From positions 77,270 to 141,269 of the forward strand of contig JBMFNX010000001.1 in the NCBI GenBank assembly GCA_049969935.1: a stretch of 64,000 nt of DNA. The letters are read 5' to 3'. Both the position numbers and the translations under genes were made by a program. The notes under the pieces are model-generated. The model did not search any database. It was not told the origin of the DNA and saw only the letters and a list, made by a program, of their open reading frames with translations. Positions 31,498 to 42,224 of the stretch are shown here, piece after piece. The DNA comes from Nitrososphaeria archaeon (GTDB taxonomy: Archaea; Thermoproteota; Nitrososphaeria; JACIWG01). Each line of letters opens with the position of its first letter. Within the stretch, counting starts at the first letter, position 1.

Positions 31498-33264
31498 ATG
31501 GTAGGTGATGCTACCTCACAAATTGCAAACCATTACAAAAAACTTTTTAGATTTCCACCTCTAAGAGTTGGTGTTTTCTTTCTAGTTTTCTATTGCACAA
31601 TTTTATCTTTACCATTCTACCGGTATGGAAACTTGAACATGTTCTGTTTTCTTTTCCTTAGTTTTTTTGTAATAATTTCAGTTATTGCTGTCCTCGATAC
31701 CTTTCTAACCTCCTTTTCATTGATTTCTTCATTCCGACGTTTACTTTTTGCAAACCTTTTCCAATTTTTTCCTTTATTACTTTTTTCGATTTTATCTTCT
31801 ATAATTATATTTTTAGTTCCTATTTCATTTAATTTATATTTAAAAATGTTCACTTTTTGGATGCTTTTCACAATTAATTTACGCTATTTTATACTGTATG
31901 CCATCTTTTATCAAAATCATCTTTATTCTATTATTCATTCACTAATCTTCCTCTTACCATTCTCAATTATTTTATTATATCTCAACAAATATAATATTTC
32001 TTTTGATTTTATAATTTTTGTTTTAGCAATCAATCTATTTTTTACTATAATTGTAAGTATGTATATAAAATTTATTGATAAAGTTGGCTTTGAATTGCTA
32101 AATTTTAGTTCATTTAAAATTCTGGTTTCATATTTATACTCTTGGGTTTGCGCCGAACCAAGCTATCTTGAAAGTATATTGGAATATCACAGTGTTAACT
32201 CAGAAATTGAAACATATCAAATTGAATTTATAAATGATAATAAAAAGCTATATTTAGTTGTGCCCGGTATTCATCCCGGTCCCTTTGCACCAATCGGAAG
32301 CTATAACTTGCCTTACGAAATAATAAATTTTTATAAGCTACAAAACATAAATTCAATAGTTTTCCACAGCCCTTCTTCGCATGACGTTAACCTTCCCTCT
32401 AAACAGGAGGTGAAAAATTATCTTTTTTCATTAAAAAATGGAATGTATATATCTAAAGGTTCTCTTTGCACTAAACCTGTTAGAGTATGCAAAAATAAAG
32501 TCACTGCCACTGGTTTAAAGTTTGGAGACATAATACTAGTGTTTATAACATTTGCTCCCTATGGCATCGAAGACCTTCCTTCAGAAATTTATGCTTACGT
32601 AAAAGAATTTGAAACTAATGGAATAAAGAAGGTTATATTAATTGATTCACATAATGCGTTAGGCCCCCTGCCCTCTAGTGAAGATGTAGATGACTTAAAA
32701 AATTGCTTAAGTGAACTTATCAAAAAAATTAAAGAAGAACCAGTGTATACTTTTAAGTACAATTTTATACAAAAAAGTTTCCCAGAATTTAAAGAAATTG
32801 GTCCCGCTGGTGCTTCTTGTCTCCTTCTTTTAATTGATAATTGTCCCTTTGTTATATATTCGATCGACTCTAATAATGCTATACCCCAAATTAGATCATT
32901 TTTAGAAGAAGAGTTGCAGAAAAAAGGTCTAATATTGATAGAGATTTGTACAACAGATTCTCATTTTTCTTCTGGTAAGGTTTTGTCAGAAAAGGGATAC
33001 TATGCCTTAGGTGAATTATCAGATTATAATTGTATTGTATCTCAACTTGTTGACATGGCAACAAAATTATTAGATTCTCCCCTGCAAGGTGTTTTTAAAT
33101 CTTTTTATTGTAAATCTAATCAAAAAATTTTAGGCCATAGCCAAATTGATGCTTACTCAAGGTTCTTAAATATTACTTTAACCCGTGCAAAAAGGGGTGC
33201 ATTAATACTGTTCCTATTATCCATATTGTTATTTGCATCAACTATGATATTTTATCCAAGTTAA
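31498..33264 (+). CDS. large polytopic membrane protein with a C-terminal soluble domain (DUF2070-like)
   Basis: The N-terminal half of the 588-aa product has about 8 hydrophobic helices and the C-terminal half is mixed alpha/beta. The family name is tentative. Confidence 0.4.
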   Translation: MVGDATSQIANHYKKLFRFPPLRVGVFFLVFYCTILSLPFYRYGNLNMFCFLFLSFFVIISVIAVLDTFLTSFSLISSFRRLLFANLFQFFPLLLFSILSSIIIFLVPISFNLYLKMFTFWMLFTINLRYFILYAIFYQNHLYSIIHSLIFLLPFSIILLYLNKYNISFDFIIFVLAINLFFTIIVSMYIKFIDKVGFELLNFSSFKILVSYLYSWVCAEPSYLESILEYHSVNSEIETYQIEFINDNKKLYLVVPGIHPGPFAPIGSYNLPYEIINFYKLQNINSIVFHSPSSHDVNLPSKQEVKNYLFSLKNGMYISKGSLCTKPVRVCKNKVTATGLKFGDIILVFITFAPYGIEDLPSEIYAYVKEFETNGIKKVILIDSHNALGPLPSSEDVDDLKNCLSELIKKIKEEPVYTFKYNFIQKSFPEFKEIGPAGASCLLLLIDNCPFVIYSIDSNNAIPQIRSFLEEELQKKGLILIEICTTDSHFSSGKVLSEKGYYALGELSDYNCIVSQLVDMATKLLDSPLQGVFKSFYCKSNQKILGHSQIDAYSRFLNITLTRAKRGALILFLLSILLFASTMIFYPS

Positions 33265-33305
33265 AATATATCTCCTAATCTTTACAATGGATAGAGTGTT
33301 AGCAA

Positions 33306-34772
33306 ATGCGTGACCTATCTAGTATAATAGACGAAATATTACAAAAATGTCCAGGTCTTACTAAAGAAAATATTCTTTCCTTAATTCAAGAAAAAAAGAA
33401 AAAGATTGGCAGTGGTTATTTAACAGATACCGGTGCCGCCTATTTGGTGGCGGCCGATTTGGGTGTCAAGTTAGATTTTAATTTACCGTCTACGATAGAA
33501 ATTAAAGACTTATATGTAGGCGCTAAGTCGGTAAATCTTAATTGTAGAATTTGTTCTGTATCAAAATTAAAAAAATATGTCAAGAGGGACTCTAAAGAAG
33601 GCTCGTTTCTTCTTTTAACCGTTTTTGATAAAACTGGATTAGTTAAATGTTATGCTTGGGACTCAAAAGCAGAAGAAATTATGACAATGAACCTAAAACC
33701 TAATGAAATAATTCAAATTAAAAAAGCATATGTGAAATTAGATTTTGATAACACTCCTTCCTTGCATATTGGACAAAAAGGTTCAGTTGAAAGAATAAAC
33801 ATACCTGAACTTACTTCCACCTTACCTACATTAGAGGACTTTTCTCACTCAATAGATAATTTTGAACCAAAAAGTACCCTATTCTGTATAAAGGGCATCA
33901 TAGATTCTACACCTATAATATCTACTTACACGAGAAAAGATGGAACAAATGTTATCGTACACTCTTTTCTACTTCGTGGTTTCAAATCGTCAACCCAAAG
34001 AAAAAGAGTTGTGTTATGGTTGGCTGAGGATATAAGTAAAGATATTCCACCTATTGGCCATACGGTCATAATAGGTCCACTAAAGTCCAAATCACTTGCA
34101 ACAGGTGAAATTGAATTTCATGGAGACGAAAAAACACTTCTTCTTACATTGCAACAAAAATCTAGTATAATAAATTTTAAGTCTACACACTATCTTAGCC
34201 TAAAAGTTCTTTCAGTAGGCCCTTTAATGAAAACAAAAAAGGGTTCTCCATTAGTAAACGCATTAGTGTATACAGACGATGGTCAATACTATGTTTTAAT
34301 TGGTCTAGAAGATGTAACTTCATTTTTATTATCAATAAAACCTGGAGAAACAATAGTAGGTTCCTTTACACTTGGCAATAAAAATAAACTAATTTGTTCT
34401 AAAGCATCTAATATTGGAAAAAAGTTGGACGTTCCTCCATTTAACATGACAAATCTCTATGAAAAAATTTCAAAGATAAAATCCAATATTCAAGAGAAAA
34501 ATAGAATATGTTTTCTCAAGGCTGTGGCCATTTCACAAGCAATATCAAAGGAAATTCAGCTTAAAAACGGCGAAAGAATAAAACTTTCAGAAATTTTAAT
34601 AGGTGATGAAACTGATGAAATAAGTTTGGTTGCTTGGAGAGATTATGCGCAATTGATTGAAAATATCCTCCCTGGCGAACGATTAATTATAAATGGTGTT
34701 GCATTAAAAACTACACCTTCACCTTGTCTAGAGGTGCAACCTTACACTTCAATTTATAGAGTTCAAGAATAA
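33306..34772 (+). CDS. rpa: replication protein A (RPA)-like single-stranded-DNA-binding protein with multiple OB folds
   Basis: The N-terminus ...KENILSLIQEKKKKIGSGYLTDTGAAYLVAADLGV is typical of archaeal RPA N-termini. Repeated OB-fold-like beta blocks follow. Confidence 0.55.
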   Translation: MRDLSSIIDEILQKCPGLTKENILSLIQEKKKKIGSGYLTDTGAAYLVAADLGVKLDFNLPSTIEIKDLYVGAKSVNLNCRICSVSKLKKYVKRDSKEGSFLLLTVFDKTGLVKCYAWDSKAEEIMTMNLKPNEIIQIKKAYVKLDFDNTPSLHIGQKGSVERINIPELTSTLPTLEDFSHSIDNFEPKSTLFCIKGIIDSTPIISTYTRKDGTNVIVHSFLLRGFKSSTQRKRVVLWLAEDISKDIPPIGHTVIIGPLKSKSLATGEIEFHGDEKTLLLTLQQKSSIINFKSTHYLSLKVLSVGPLMKTKKGSPLVNALVYTDDGQYYVLIGLEDVTSFLLSIKPGETIVGSFTLGNKNKLICSKASNIGKKLDVPPFNMTNLYEKISKIKSNIQEKNRICFLKAVAISQAISKEIQLKNGERIKLSEILIGDETDEISLVAWRDYAQLIENILPGERLIINGVALKTTPSPCLEVQPYTSIYRVQE

Positions 34773-34778
34773 AATATT

Positions 34779-37529
34779 TTAGTCCCAGAATGGCCGTGTT
34801 CTAATAAAATTCTTTTCCGCTCTATAAATTTCATTTAACAATTCTGTCATATCTGCCTTTTTATCTAATATTCTACCTGCAACTTTGGGGCCAATCCCGT
34901 AACCAGAGAGCACAAAAATCGCTTTCTTGCCAAAGTTCTGTATAAGAGAAGAAATACTCCAAAGCTTTCTATACTCTTTTTCTTCTTCTTTTGAAAGTTT
35001 TTTCCTCAATGCGCGTTTTCTAATTATTTCAATTGCTTTTCTATCTTGAACCGATGCGATAGTAACAAGTCTTGAACCGCATAAATTACAATGTATAAAA
35101 TCATCCACGTCCTTTGTTTGAATAATCTTCTCCAGTTTGCCACAGGAAAGGCACAATAGTAAATGTCTTCTATTCTCCAATCTTTCTTTAACTATGTTTA
35201 ACATTGTCTCATCAATATTATATATGCTAGCGACCTCTTTTATAGCATACTTAAAACCAATCTTGGCTAGGGGTGAAAAGTCTTCTAACTCTTTATAAAA
35301 GATTTGTATGTCTCCGTCTCTTATCCTTTTTAAAATATTATATGTTCTTTCCAAATCAAATTTATCTACAAAGATTTCATTTAACACCTCTTTATAAAAA
35401 GCTGTGTCAGAGTACCTTTTTAGTAAAAACAAACTACTTTTACTATCGTAAGGAATATCACGTGGTATAATTCCAAACCTTTTCGCAATGTTCCAACCTC
35501 GTATACGGAGTATGTTTGTATCCCTTAAAGCTACTGCCAATATCTCTTTTAAATTAATTTCTTTTGATAAAACTTCTAAAATATTCTCAAATGTGAGAAG
35601 ATATCCTCCATTAAGAATTATTCTGTAGGGGTCAAAATTATATTCAATCTTATACCCTAACTTTGAAGATAAAAGTGTACTCAATAATATACCTAGCGTA
35701 TTATTAACTTTTGTTCCAAAACATGCATGTATCACAAATATATTTCCCCCTTTCCTTTTTTCAATAAATATGCATTCATTGTCCGGAATGCGTCCCAATA
35801 AATTTTTGGTAGTGTCCAACATTAACTTAAGGGGCACGAACTTGTCAATATTCTTTCTTAAATTTATATTTTTTCTTAACTTACCAACCTCTTGGGCTGT
35901 AAAATAATCAACAGGAATTATTTCGCCTAGCCAAAATGGTATCTCACTTTCTGACAGATTTCTTGGTTCTACTTTGACAATCTGTTTTTGTTCATCTATT
36001 GAAATTACACTCCATCCAGTGCCTTTTAAGATAAATGGTTTTCCATCCTCTAATGCTTCATTAATGAACAAATAATCAATGCTTCCTATTCTATTATTGT
36101 TAAGTGCATTTATTACAATATACTGAAGATTATCTGGTATCATTGAAATGTTACTAAAATAGTATTCATAACTTTTCCTTCCCATATGAACTTGTTCATT
36201 TACTACACGAATTACACCCATTTCTGATAGAATCTCTAAAACTGAAAAAACTTCTTCAATTGTTAAATCTTTATAGAAAATAGTTCTTTTTGCAATCTTT
36301 ATTATATCCTCCAAATTAATTGTCTTATATGCTATCGTCAATCCCGCAATATGATGAGCTAAAACATCTAATGCTTTATAATGGATACTTGGTTCCTCAA
36401 CTATATCCTTCCTAACAAGTTCACAAATTGCCTCTGTTTCTATAAAATCATCCATAAAATTGTTTAATATAATTCCTTTTGCTATGCCACTAACCTTATG
36501 CTCACTCCGTCCTACACGCTGTAGCAATTTTGTAACCTGACGTGGCGATTCGATCTGAAAAACTAAAGAAACTGTACCGACATCTATTCCTAATTCTAAT
36601 GAAGATGTAGAAATTACAACTTTAACCTTTCCTTCCCTCAAATCTTTTTCAGCCTGTTCACGAACTTCTCTTGAAAGTGAACCATGATGCACTTCTAATA
36701 ATATCTCCGGTCTCCTTGTCTTAATGATAGAAGCTAAATATTCTGCCATCTGTCTTGTATTAGTAAATATTATAATAGACCCTCGAATTGCTTCACCTTC
36801 AATTCTTTCTATAATGTTCTCTATTACATCCTTCATTTCCCCGTCAATAAATATGTTTTCAAAAATATATCTCCTAGCATTCCTATCAATAATGACTGCG
36901 CCTTTTTGTCCTAAGCCAAAAAGAAATGTTTTTACTTTATCTGGTGCACCCACAGAAGCTGACAAACCTATACGTACAAATCCTTTTCTAATTTTTTCTA
37001 AACGTTCCAGAGATAAAGCGAGGTGTACCCCCCTTTTACTGTTAATCAACTCATGAACTTCATCCACTATAACCCATTCTAAATTTTTAAACCACCCAAT
37101 ATAGGCAGGTAAAGTTAAAAGTGCGCCTAATGTTTCTGGTGTTGTAATTAATATATCTGGTGGATTTTGTTGGATCTTTCTCCGTAAACCTGTGGGTGTA
37201 TCCCCATGTCTTACCTCTGTCTTTAAGTTAAAGTACTCACTATATTTCCTTATCCTGCGTAATAAGTCTCTATTTAGTGCACGTAAAGGTGTAATATAAA
37301 GCACACTTGGTTTCCCCTTAATTTTATTTTCTGAAATATGAAAAAGAATAGGTAATATTGCCGCCTCTGTTTTTCCAGTACCTGTTGGAGCAATAATTAA
37401 AGTATTTATTTTGTTTATAATGACTGGTATTGCTTTTTTCTGAATATTTGTTAAAGTCTTAAACCCCAGCCTAGACACGTGATACAAAAATTTTTCATAG
37501 ATGGTTTCCATGGCACTTTCATTAATCAA
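34779..37529 (-). CDS. lhr: Lhr-type large ATP-dependent helicase (DEAD/DEAH box, superfamily 2)
   Basis: Motif I is LIIAPTGTGKTEAAILP, motif II is VIVDEVHEL, followed by a helicase C domain and a long C-terminal region. The product is 916 aa. Confidence 0.75.
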   Translation of the reverse strand: MINESAMETIYEKFLYHVSRLGFKTLTNIQKKAIPVIINKINTLIIAPTGTGKTEAAILPILFHISENKIKGKPSVLYITPLRALNRDLLRRIRKYSEYFNLKTEVRHGDTPTGLRRKIQQNPPDILITTPETLGALLTLPAYIGWFKNLEWVIVDEVHELINSKRGVHLALSLERLEKIRKGFVRIGLSASVGAPDKVKTFLFGLGQKGAVIIDRNARRYIFENIFIDGEMKDVIENIIERIEGEAIRGSIIIFTNTRQMAEYLASIIKTRRPEILLEVHHGSLSREVREQAEKDLREGKVKVVISTSSLELGIDVGTVSLVFQIESPRQVTKLLQRVGRSEHKVSGIAKGIILNNFMDDFIETEAICELVRKDIVEEPSIHYKALDVLAHHIAGLTIAYKTINLEDIIKIAKRTIFYKDLTIEEVFSVLEILSEMGVIRVVNEQVHMGRKSYEYYFSNISMIPDNLQYIVINALNNNRIGSIDYLFINEALEDGKPFILKGTGWSVISIDEQKQIVKVEPRNLSESEIPFWLGEIIPVDYFTAQEVGKLRKNINLRKNIDKFVPLKLMLDTTKNLLGRIPDNECIFIEKRKGGNIFVIHACFGTKVNNTLGILLSTLLSSKLGYKIEYNFDPYRIILNGGYLLTFENILEVLSKEINLKEILAVALRDTNILRIRGWNIAKRFGIIPRDIPYDSKSSLFLLKRYSDTAFYKEVLNEIFVDKFDLERTYNILKRIRDGDIQIFYKELEDFSPLAKIGFKYAIKEVASIYNIDETMLNIVKERLENRRHLLLCLSCGKLEKIIQTKDVDDFIHCNLCGSRLVTIASVQDRKAIEIIRKRALRKKLSKEEEKEYRKLWSISSLIQNFGKKAIFVLSGYGIGPKVAGRILDKKADMTELLNEIYRAEKNFIRTRPFWD

Positions 37530-37695
37530 TATTTTCTCTTAGAGTTCGAGTATTCATAGAAAAGAAGAATTAATAGCCCTAAAGTAAACAGTAAATAAAT
37601 TATTACCGCCCAAAAATTAAAGAAGGATGTGATGTCCACGCCAGAGAATCTTTTCTTTCTATTATATAATTTTTGCCTTTATCTTTAAAAGATAA

Positions 37696-37768
37696 AGCTC
37701 CGGGCGGGCTTTGAACCCGCGACCTATAGCTTACAAGGCTATCGCTCTACCAGCTGAGCTACCGGAGC
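37696..37768 (-). tRNA. tRNA-Thr(UGU)
   Basis: The reverse complement reads GCTCCGGTAGCTCAGCTGGTAGAGCGATAGCCTTGTAAGCTATAGGTCGCGGGTTCAAAGCCCGCCCGGAGCT. The anticodon loop is CUUGUAA. Confidence 0.8.
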
Positions 37769-37801
37769 TCGCCAAATCTTAATAAAATATGTTTAAAACT
37801 T

Positions 37802-38116
37802 TTACTTTAAGTTACTGAAAATTAATTTAATAAAAAGATTAAGTTCTTCATCATTAAAGTAATATGTTGTATATTTTCCCTTCCTCTTAGCAAGTGAAAA
37901 TGCCTTTAAATGATAACACATCCTTTTTCTTTTCTTGATAAGACATAAATAGTAAAAATCCTTACATGTGCAAAAAAGTGGTTTTTCATTAACCAAATGA
38001 TCACATTCATCTCCTACGACTGTCCATACTTCGATATTGCTAGGCAAGAAAATATGTCTTTTGACAGCATTCCTATCCACAATTAACTTTATCCTCAATC
38101 TTTCTTCCATCTTCAT
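37802..38116 (-). CDS. small SWIM-type zinc-finger protein
   Basis: CTCKDFYYLCLIKKRKRMCYHL fits the CxCx(n)CxH SWIM signature. The product is 104 aa. Confidence 0.45.
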   Translation of the reverse strand: MKMEERLRIKLIVDRNAVKRHIFLPSNIEVWTVVGDECDHLVNEKPLFCTCKDFYYLCLIKKRKRMCYHLKAFSLAKRKGKYTTYYFNDEELNLFIKLIFSNLK

Positions 38117-38173
38117 TAAATTTCTTTATTCACCTAAAATATACTTAAATATAAAGTGTATGCTGTTACTTAA

Positions 38174-38917
38174 TTGTTGGAGACAAAATTAATTCTCCTT
38201 TATAAGGATGCTGCGATAAAAATAGAAATTGGAAAAGAACACTTTCTGTGTCTTAGTGACTTACATATTGGCTATTCTCCCTCTAATATAATTAAAATTG
38301 ACAGTAAACGAATTTCAGTTCTTTTTTCAGAGAAAATAAAAGATTTATATGAAAGAACAAAATCTAGAAATTTGATAATTTTAGGAGATTTAAAGCATAC
38401 AATTGGCCGCGTTACCTTAAATGAACAAAAATCGATTTCACTATTTTTTAGCCAAATTAACTCGTACTTTAAAAAAATATATTTTATTTTAGGAAATCAT
38501 GATGCCTATATCCAAAATTTTTTGCCAAGTAATGTTCAAATAGTAAAGAGAGGTTTCCTTTTGAACAAGTTCTATTTAATGCATGGCCACACTTTACCAG
38601 ATCCTAATATTAAAAAATCAAATACTATTATTATGGGACATATTCATCCCCTGTATTCTAAAGAAAATTCACCCTTGAATGGCCAGAGGGTTTGGATTAT
38701 TATAAAATTATATTTAAAACAAATTTATTCATCTTTAACGAAGCAATATAATCTTATAATCATGCCCACATTTAATCATGAATTGTATTTGCCATCAAAT
38801 TATGTCCTCTCTTACAATTTTATTGGTAAAAATTCTCCTTTACTAAATCGGTGTAAGAAAGACATATTATCTACAAAAATAATATCTATGGAAGGTGTTC
38901 TCTTAAATGAAACTTGA
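38174..38917 (+). CDS. calcineurin-like metallophosphoesterase
   Basis: The motifs are LSDLHIG, GDLKH, GNHDAY, MHGH and GHIHP. Confidence 0.55.
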   Translation: MLETKLILLYKDAAIKIEIGKEHFLCLSDLHIGYSPSNIIKIDSKRISVLFSEKIKDLYERTKSRNLIILGDLKHTIGRVTLNEQKSISLFFSQINSYFKKIYFILGNHDAYIQNFLPSNVQIVKRGFLLNKFYLMHGHTLPDPNIKKSNTIIMGHIHPLYSKENSPLNGQRVWIIIKLYLKQIYSSLTKQYNLIIMPTFNHELYLPSNYVLSYNFIGKNSPLLNRCKKDILSTKIISMEGVLLNET

Positions 38918-38921
38918 ACTA

Positions 38922-39686
38922 CTATTTTTCTGAAACTATTTTTCTAAAGTGTGGTTTTCTTGGTACTAGAGCCATTTCTTTTTTAAATAAAGTTGACTCA
39001 TTTTGGACAAAAATATACGCTTTAATCCCAAATTTAACTTTCGGCGTAATTGAGCAAAACGAGTAAGGGTAAAATAAAAATGGATCTTCAATCCTAGTAA
39101 AGTCATGAGGTACTCTAATAGTAAATTCATTATTTTCTATTCTGCCTTCTTCTAATACATATTCATCAAATTTTTCTTCATTTCCTTTAACAATCCACTC
39201 TCTAATTAATACGCCCGCAGTAGCATTTTCTATCCCACCTGGTACTTTACAAAATATTTCTTCATCAGGCTCATAATATGATTTTCTAAGCAACAATTTG
39301 TCTCCATCCTTATTGGCTTCCAATTCTATGTTGTAAACCGGTAAAACTTTTAACCTTATCTCTGTTCGAGGATAAAGTATCTTTCCTCCAAATCTTGGTC
39401 TGCCAATTACAAGTGAGCATCTGGTCTTAAAATGTTTAGTGGAAACAGTTGGTGGAAATGTTTCAGGATATTTGATTTCAGTTTCACCATCATCTAGCTC
39501 TTTCTCTATAATTGAAGAAAAAATCACTTCATATTCGGGGAAGCCTTTTCTCTCCTTTTCCTTTAATAAATCAGAAATTGTAATCACATACAATTTAGTT
39601 TTTAAAATTCCACCACTATAATTTTTTATTTTTAAACTTTCTCCAGCAAATAAAGTGCTTTTTTCAATAAATACATTTTTTATCAT
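38922..39686 (-). CDS. hypothetical beta-rich protein
   Basis: This is a 254-aa ORF that abuts the next gene (39686/39687), so the two are probably cotranscribed. Confidence 0.3.
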   Translation of the reverse strand: MIKNVFIEKSTLFAGESLKIKNYSGGILKTKLYVITISDLLKEKERKGFPEYEVIFSSIIEKELDDGETEIKYPETFPPTVSTKHFKTRCSLVIGRPRFGGKILYPRTEIRLKVLPVYNIELEANKDGDKLLLRKSYYEPDEEIFCKVPGGIENATAGVLIREWIVKGNEEKFDEYVLEEGRIENNEFTIRVPHDFTRIEDPFLFYPYSFCSITPKVKFGIKAYIFVQNESTLFKKEMALVPRKPHFRKIVSEK

Positions 39687-40313
39687 CTAATTCACTTCTA
39701 CCAAATAATATTCTCTTAAAAGAGATGGTCTCTTGATCACTTTTATCCTTCCATAATCGCTATTGTAAAGATGTAGTCTAGTGTCTTTTGATTTTAGTTC
39801 CCATTCTTCCTTATTTTCAGAAATAAAGTAAATAATCTGTTGTACCATATCCTTTAAAAATCTTATTTTCGATTTATGAAGTTTAAGTTCCCTTTCATAA
39901 AATTCTAATACTTTGGTTAAAGAAAGCCACCTAAAGAAAATTATTGCCACTGTGCCCCATCCCAGTGCCATAAGTATATTTAAATCTAGATATCCAAATG
40001 AAAAGATGTATATGATTGAAAACATATATGCGAAGATAAATATCCTAAGTAAAAGTTTTGTTATCAAAAAAATTTTCGCATAGAAACGTGCACTAGGGTC
40101 CTTGGCTGGTAAGTTTATTATGTAATCAGCAACCTCAAATATTCTTTTTTGTCCAGTTTTATCGATTTTATGTTTAATTATATCCTTGACTTCCTCAAAC
40201 TTAACCTTAACTTTTTTTAAATCGACATTTCTTCCTGTAGTATATCCATCTAAAGCTTCAGCTAAGAAAAGCAAGCTATTCAATGTATTCTTATCCACTC
40301 TAATGTTTTTCAT
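39687..40313 (-). CDS. hypothetical membrane protein with two or three transmembrane helices
   Basis: This is a 208-aa ORF with a central hydrophobic block, FLITKLLLRIFIFAYMFSIIYIFSFGYLDLNILMALGWGTVAIIFF. Confidence 0.3.
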   Translation of the reverse strand: MKNIRVDKNTLNSLLFLAEALDGYTTGRNVDLKKVKVKFEEVKDIIKHKIDKTGQKRIFEVADYIINLPAKDPSARFYAKIFLITKLLLRIFIFAYMFSIIYIFSFGYLDLNILMALGWGTVAIIFFRWLSLTKVLEFYERELKLHKSKIRFLKDMVQQIIYFISENKEEWELKSKDTRLHLYNSDYGRIKVIKRPSLLREYYLVEVN

Positions 40314-40481
40314 GTTTTTCTTCGCTTTACTATTAAGGATTAATAAGTATTTGCAAATTGTATTCGATCAATATATTTAATATAAAAGTTAATAATTTAC
40401 ATTTTTTGATTAAAAAATTAAAATTTATTATAAAATTGAAAGAGTAATACTTAAATATAAAGAATGTAAAGGGATTGATTT

Positions 40482-42191
40482 ATGTCGCAGGAAGCGCCCA
40501 CTCTATTCGTTAGGAGAGCTTCTGGTTTAGTTAGAACAATAGGTCCGTTCACTGCATTTATGATAGTCTTCAGTCATACAGTTGGTGGTGGTATCCATAA
40601 ACTAGCTGTACAGGCAGCCTATAATAGCCCAGGCGCCTATATCCCATATTCTTTCCTCGTTACCGGCTTACTAGCTGGATTACCAACTGCCATAATATAT
40701 ACAATGCTTGGATCGATGATGCCCAGAACTGGTGGTGACTATATATTTATAACCAGAGGCTTAAGCCCAATACTTGGTTTTGTGGCTTCATGGGGCTTCT
40801 GGTTCACTGAAGTCCTAAGTTATGGTATTATTGCATGGTATTCAATAGACTTTTTTGCTGGAGCATTGACAATCTCTGGCGTTGTACTTAATAATCCTGG
40901 GTTAACTGGCTTCGCTCAATGGCTTTCGACAACTGAAGGACACTGGATCGTAGGCTCCATCTTTGTATTTGGTTTTGCTCTACTTGCATTATTTGGTATG
41001 CGCGTGTATAGTTGGGTAGTGAACATACTTGGTACTCTAGCAATAATAGGCGTACTTACAAATCTCATAATTCTGGGAGGTTTTGGTCTTGCTGCGGGTG
41101 CATCAGTTGTAGGTTGGGATAGAGTATTCGGTGCAGGTGCATACGAAAAAATAGTGCAGAAATCATTCGAATTATCCTCTCAATATAAGGGTGTTTTTCC
41201 AGTCTCTGAATTCAGTTGGAGTGACACAATGCGCGCTGGAATTGGGGCAATATGGGCCTACATCGGTATTACATCCGCTGTATATGTAGGTGGTGAAATA
41301 AAATCTCCGTCTAAAACATTGTTTATTTCACAAGTACTTGGCACAATTGTTATCATGCTCTACTATATTGGGTTACCGGCTCTAGTTTATAATGCTTGGC
41401 GTGTGCCATCTGAAGTTTTAGATAAAACAGGAGCAAGTAAAATTCTAGAGCAAATGAATGTACCAAAAGATAGGGTTTACTTTATTGCACTTTACCAATT
41501 CCTAATGAACAATTGGGGTTCAAAAAATGTTGCAGCTCTCTTAGGTGTACCTGAAGCACATCTTCTCCCAGCTGGTGTAGTCACCACATATACTGTTACC
41601 CTTCTGCCTCCAGAATTGGCATGGTTCCAAGTATTAAATGGAATATTGGTTGGGATCGTATTACTAAAGGATATACCGGCGTTTTTCCTTGTAAGCAGTA
41701 GAATGATTTTTGCTTGGTCCTTTGACAGGTTCTTCCCTGAAATTTTCTCCAGAGTAAATAGTACATTTAATAGTCCACACTGGGCAATAATTCTAACAAT
41801 GGTCGGTGGCTTACTTGGTGTTGTGCTTAACATACTAAGTGGTGAATGGTTGGCCTCAGTCGATACAACAATGCTGTATCAATTTGCCGTAATGGTTGCA
41901 GGTTTATCTGCAGCAGTTTTACCTTTTATAAGGTCAGACATTTATGAAAAATCTTCTGCAAAATACTCTATATTCGGTATTCCTCTTCTAAGTCTTTTCG
42001 GAATACTCGCGTTTGGTTCAAACTTTTACTTCCTAATTGTAGCTGGAACATGGTTGAATCCAGAAAGAGACCTTGTTATGCAAACCTTCTGGATGGCACT
42101 AGGTGTTGCGATATTTACAGGATACCTTATTAAGAATGTGAAGCGTGGCATAGACGTGAAAACAATATATACTGAAATTCCACCAGCTTAG
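40482..42191 (+). CDS. APC-superfamily amino acid/polyamine permease
   Basis: The 569-aa product has about 12 transmembrane segments and glycine-rich helices of the kind seen in amino-acid permeases. Confidence 0.6.
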   Translation: MSQEAPTLFVRRASGLVRTIGPFTAFMIVFSHTVGGGIHKLAVQAAYNSPGAYIPYSFLVTGLLAGLPTAIIYTMLGSMMPRTGGDYIFITRGLSPILGFVASWGFWFTEVLSYGIIAWYSIDFFAGALTISGVVLNNPGLTGFAQWLSTTEGHWIVGSIFVFGFALLALFGMRVYSWVVNILGTLAIIGVLTNLIILGGFGLAAGASVVGWDRVFGAGAYEKIVQKSFELSSQYKGVFPVSEFSWSDTMRAGIGAIWAYIGITSAVYVGGEIKSPSKTLFISQVLGTIVIMLYYIGLPALVYNAWRVPSEVLDKTGASKILEQMNVPKDRVYFIALYQFLMNNWGSKNVAALLGVPEAHLLPAGVVTTYTVTLLPPELAWFQVLNGILVGIVLLKDIPAFFLVSSRMIFAWSFDRFFPEIFSRVNSTFNSPHWAIILTMVGGLLGVVLNILSGEWLASVDTTMLYQFAVMVAGLSAAVLPFIRSDIYEKSSAKYSIFGIPLLSLFGILAFGSNFYFLIVAGTWLNPERDLVMQTFWMALGVAIFTGYLIKNVKRGIDVKTIYTEIPPA

Positions 42192-42224
42192 CTCTCTCCC
42201 CTATTTTTTAATTTTTAAATATGG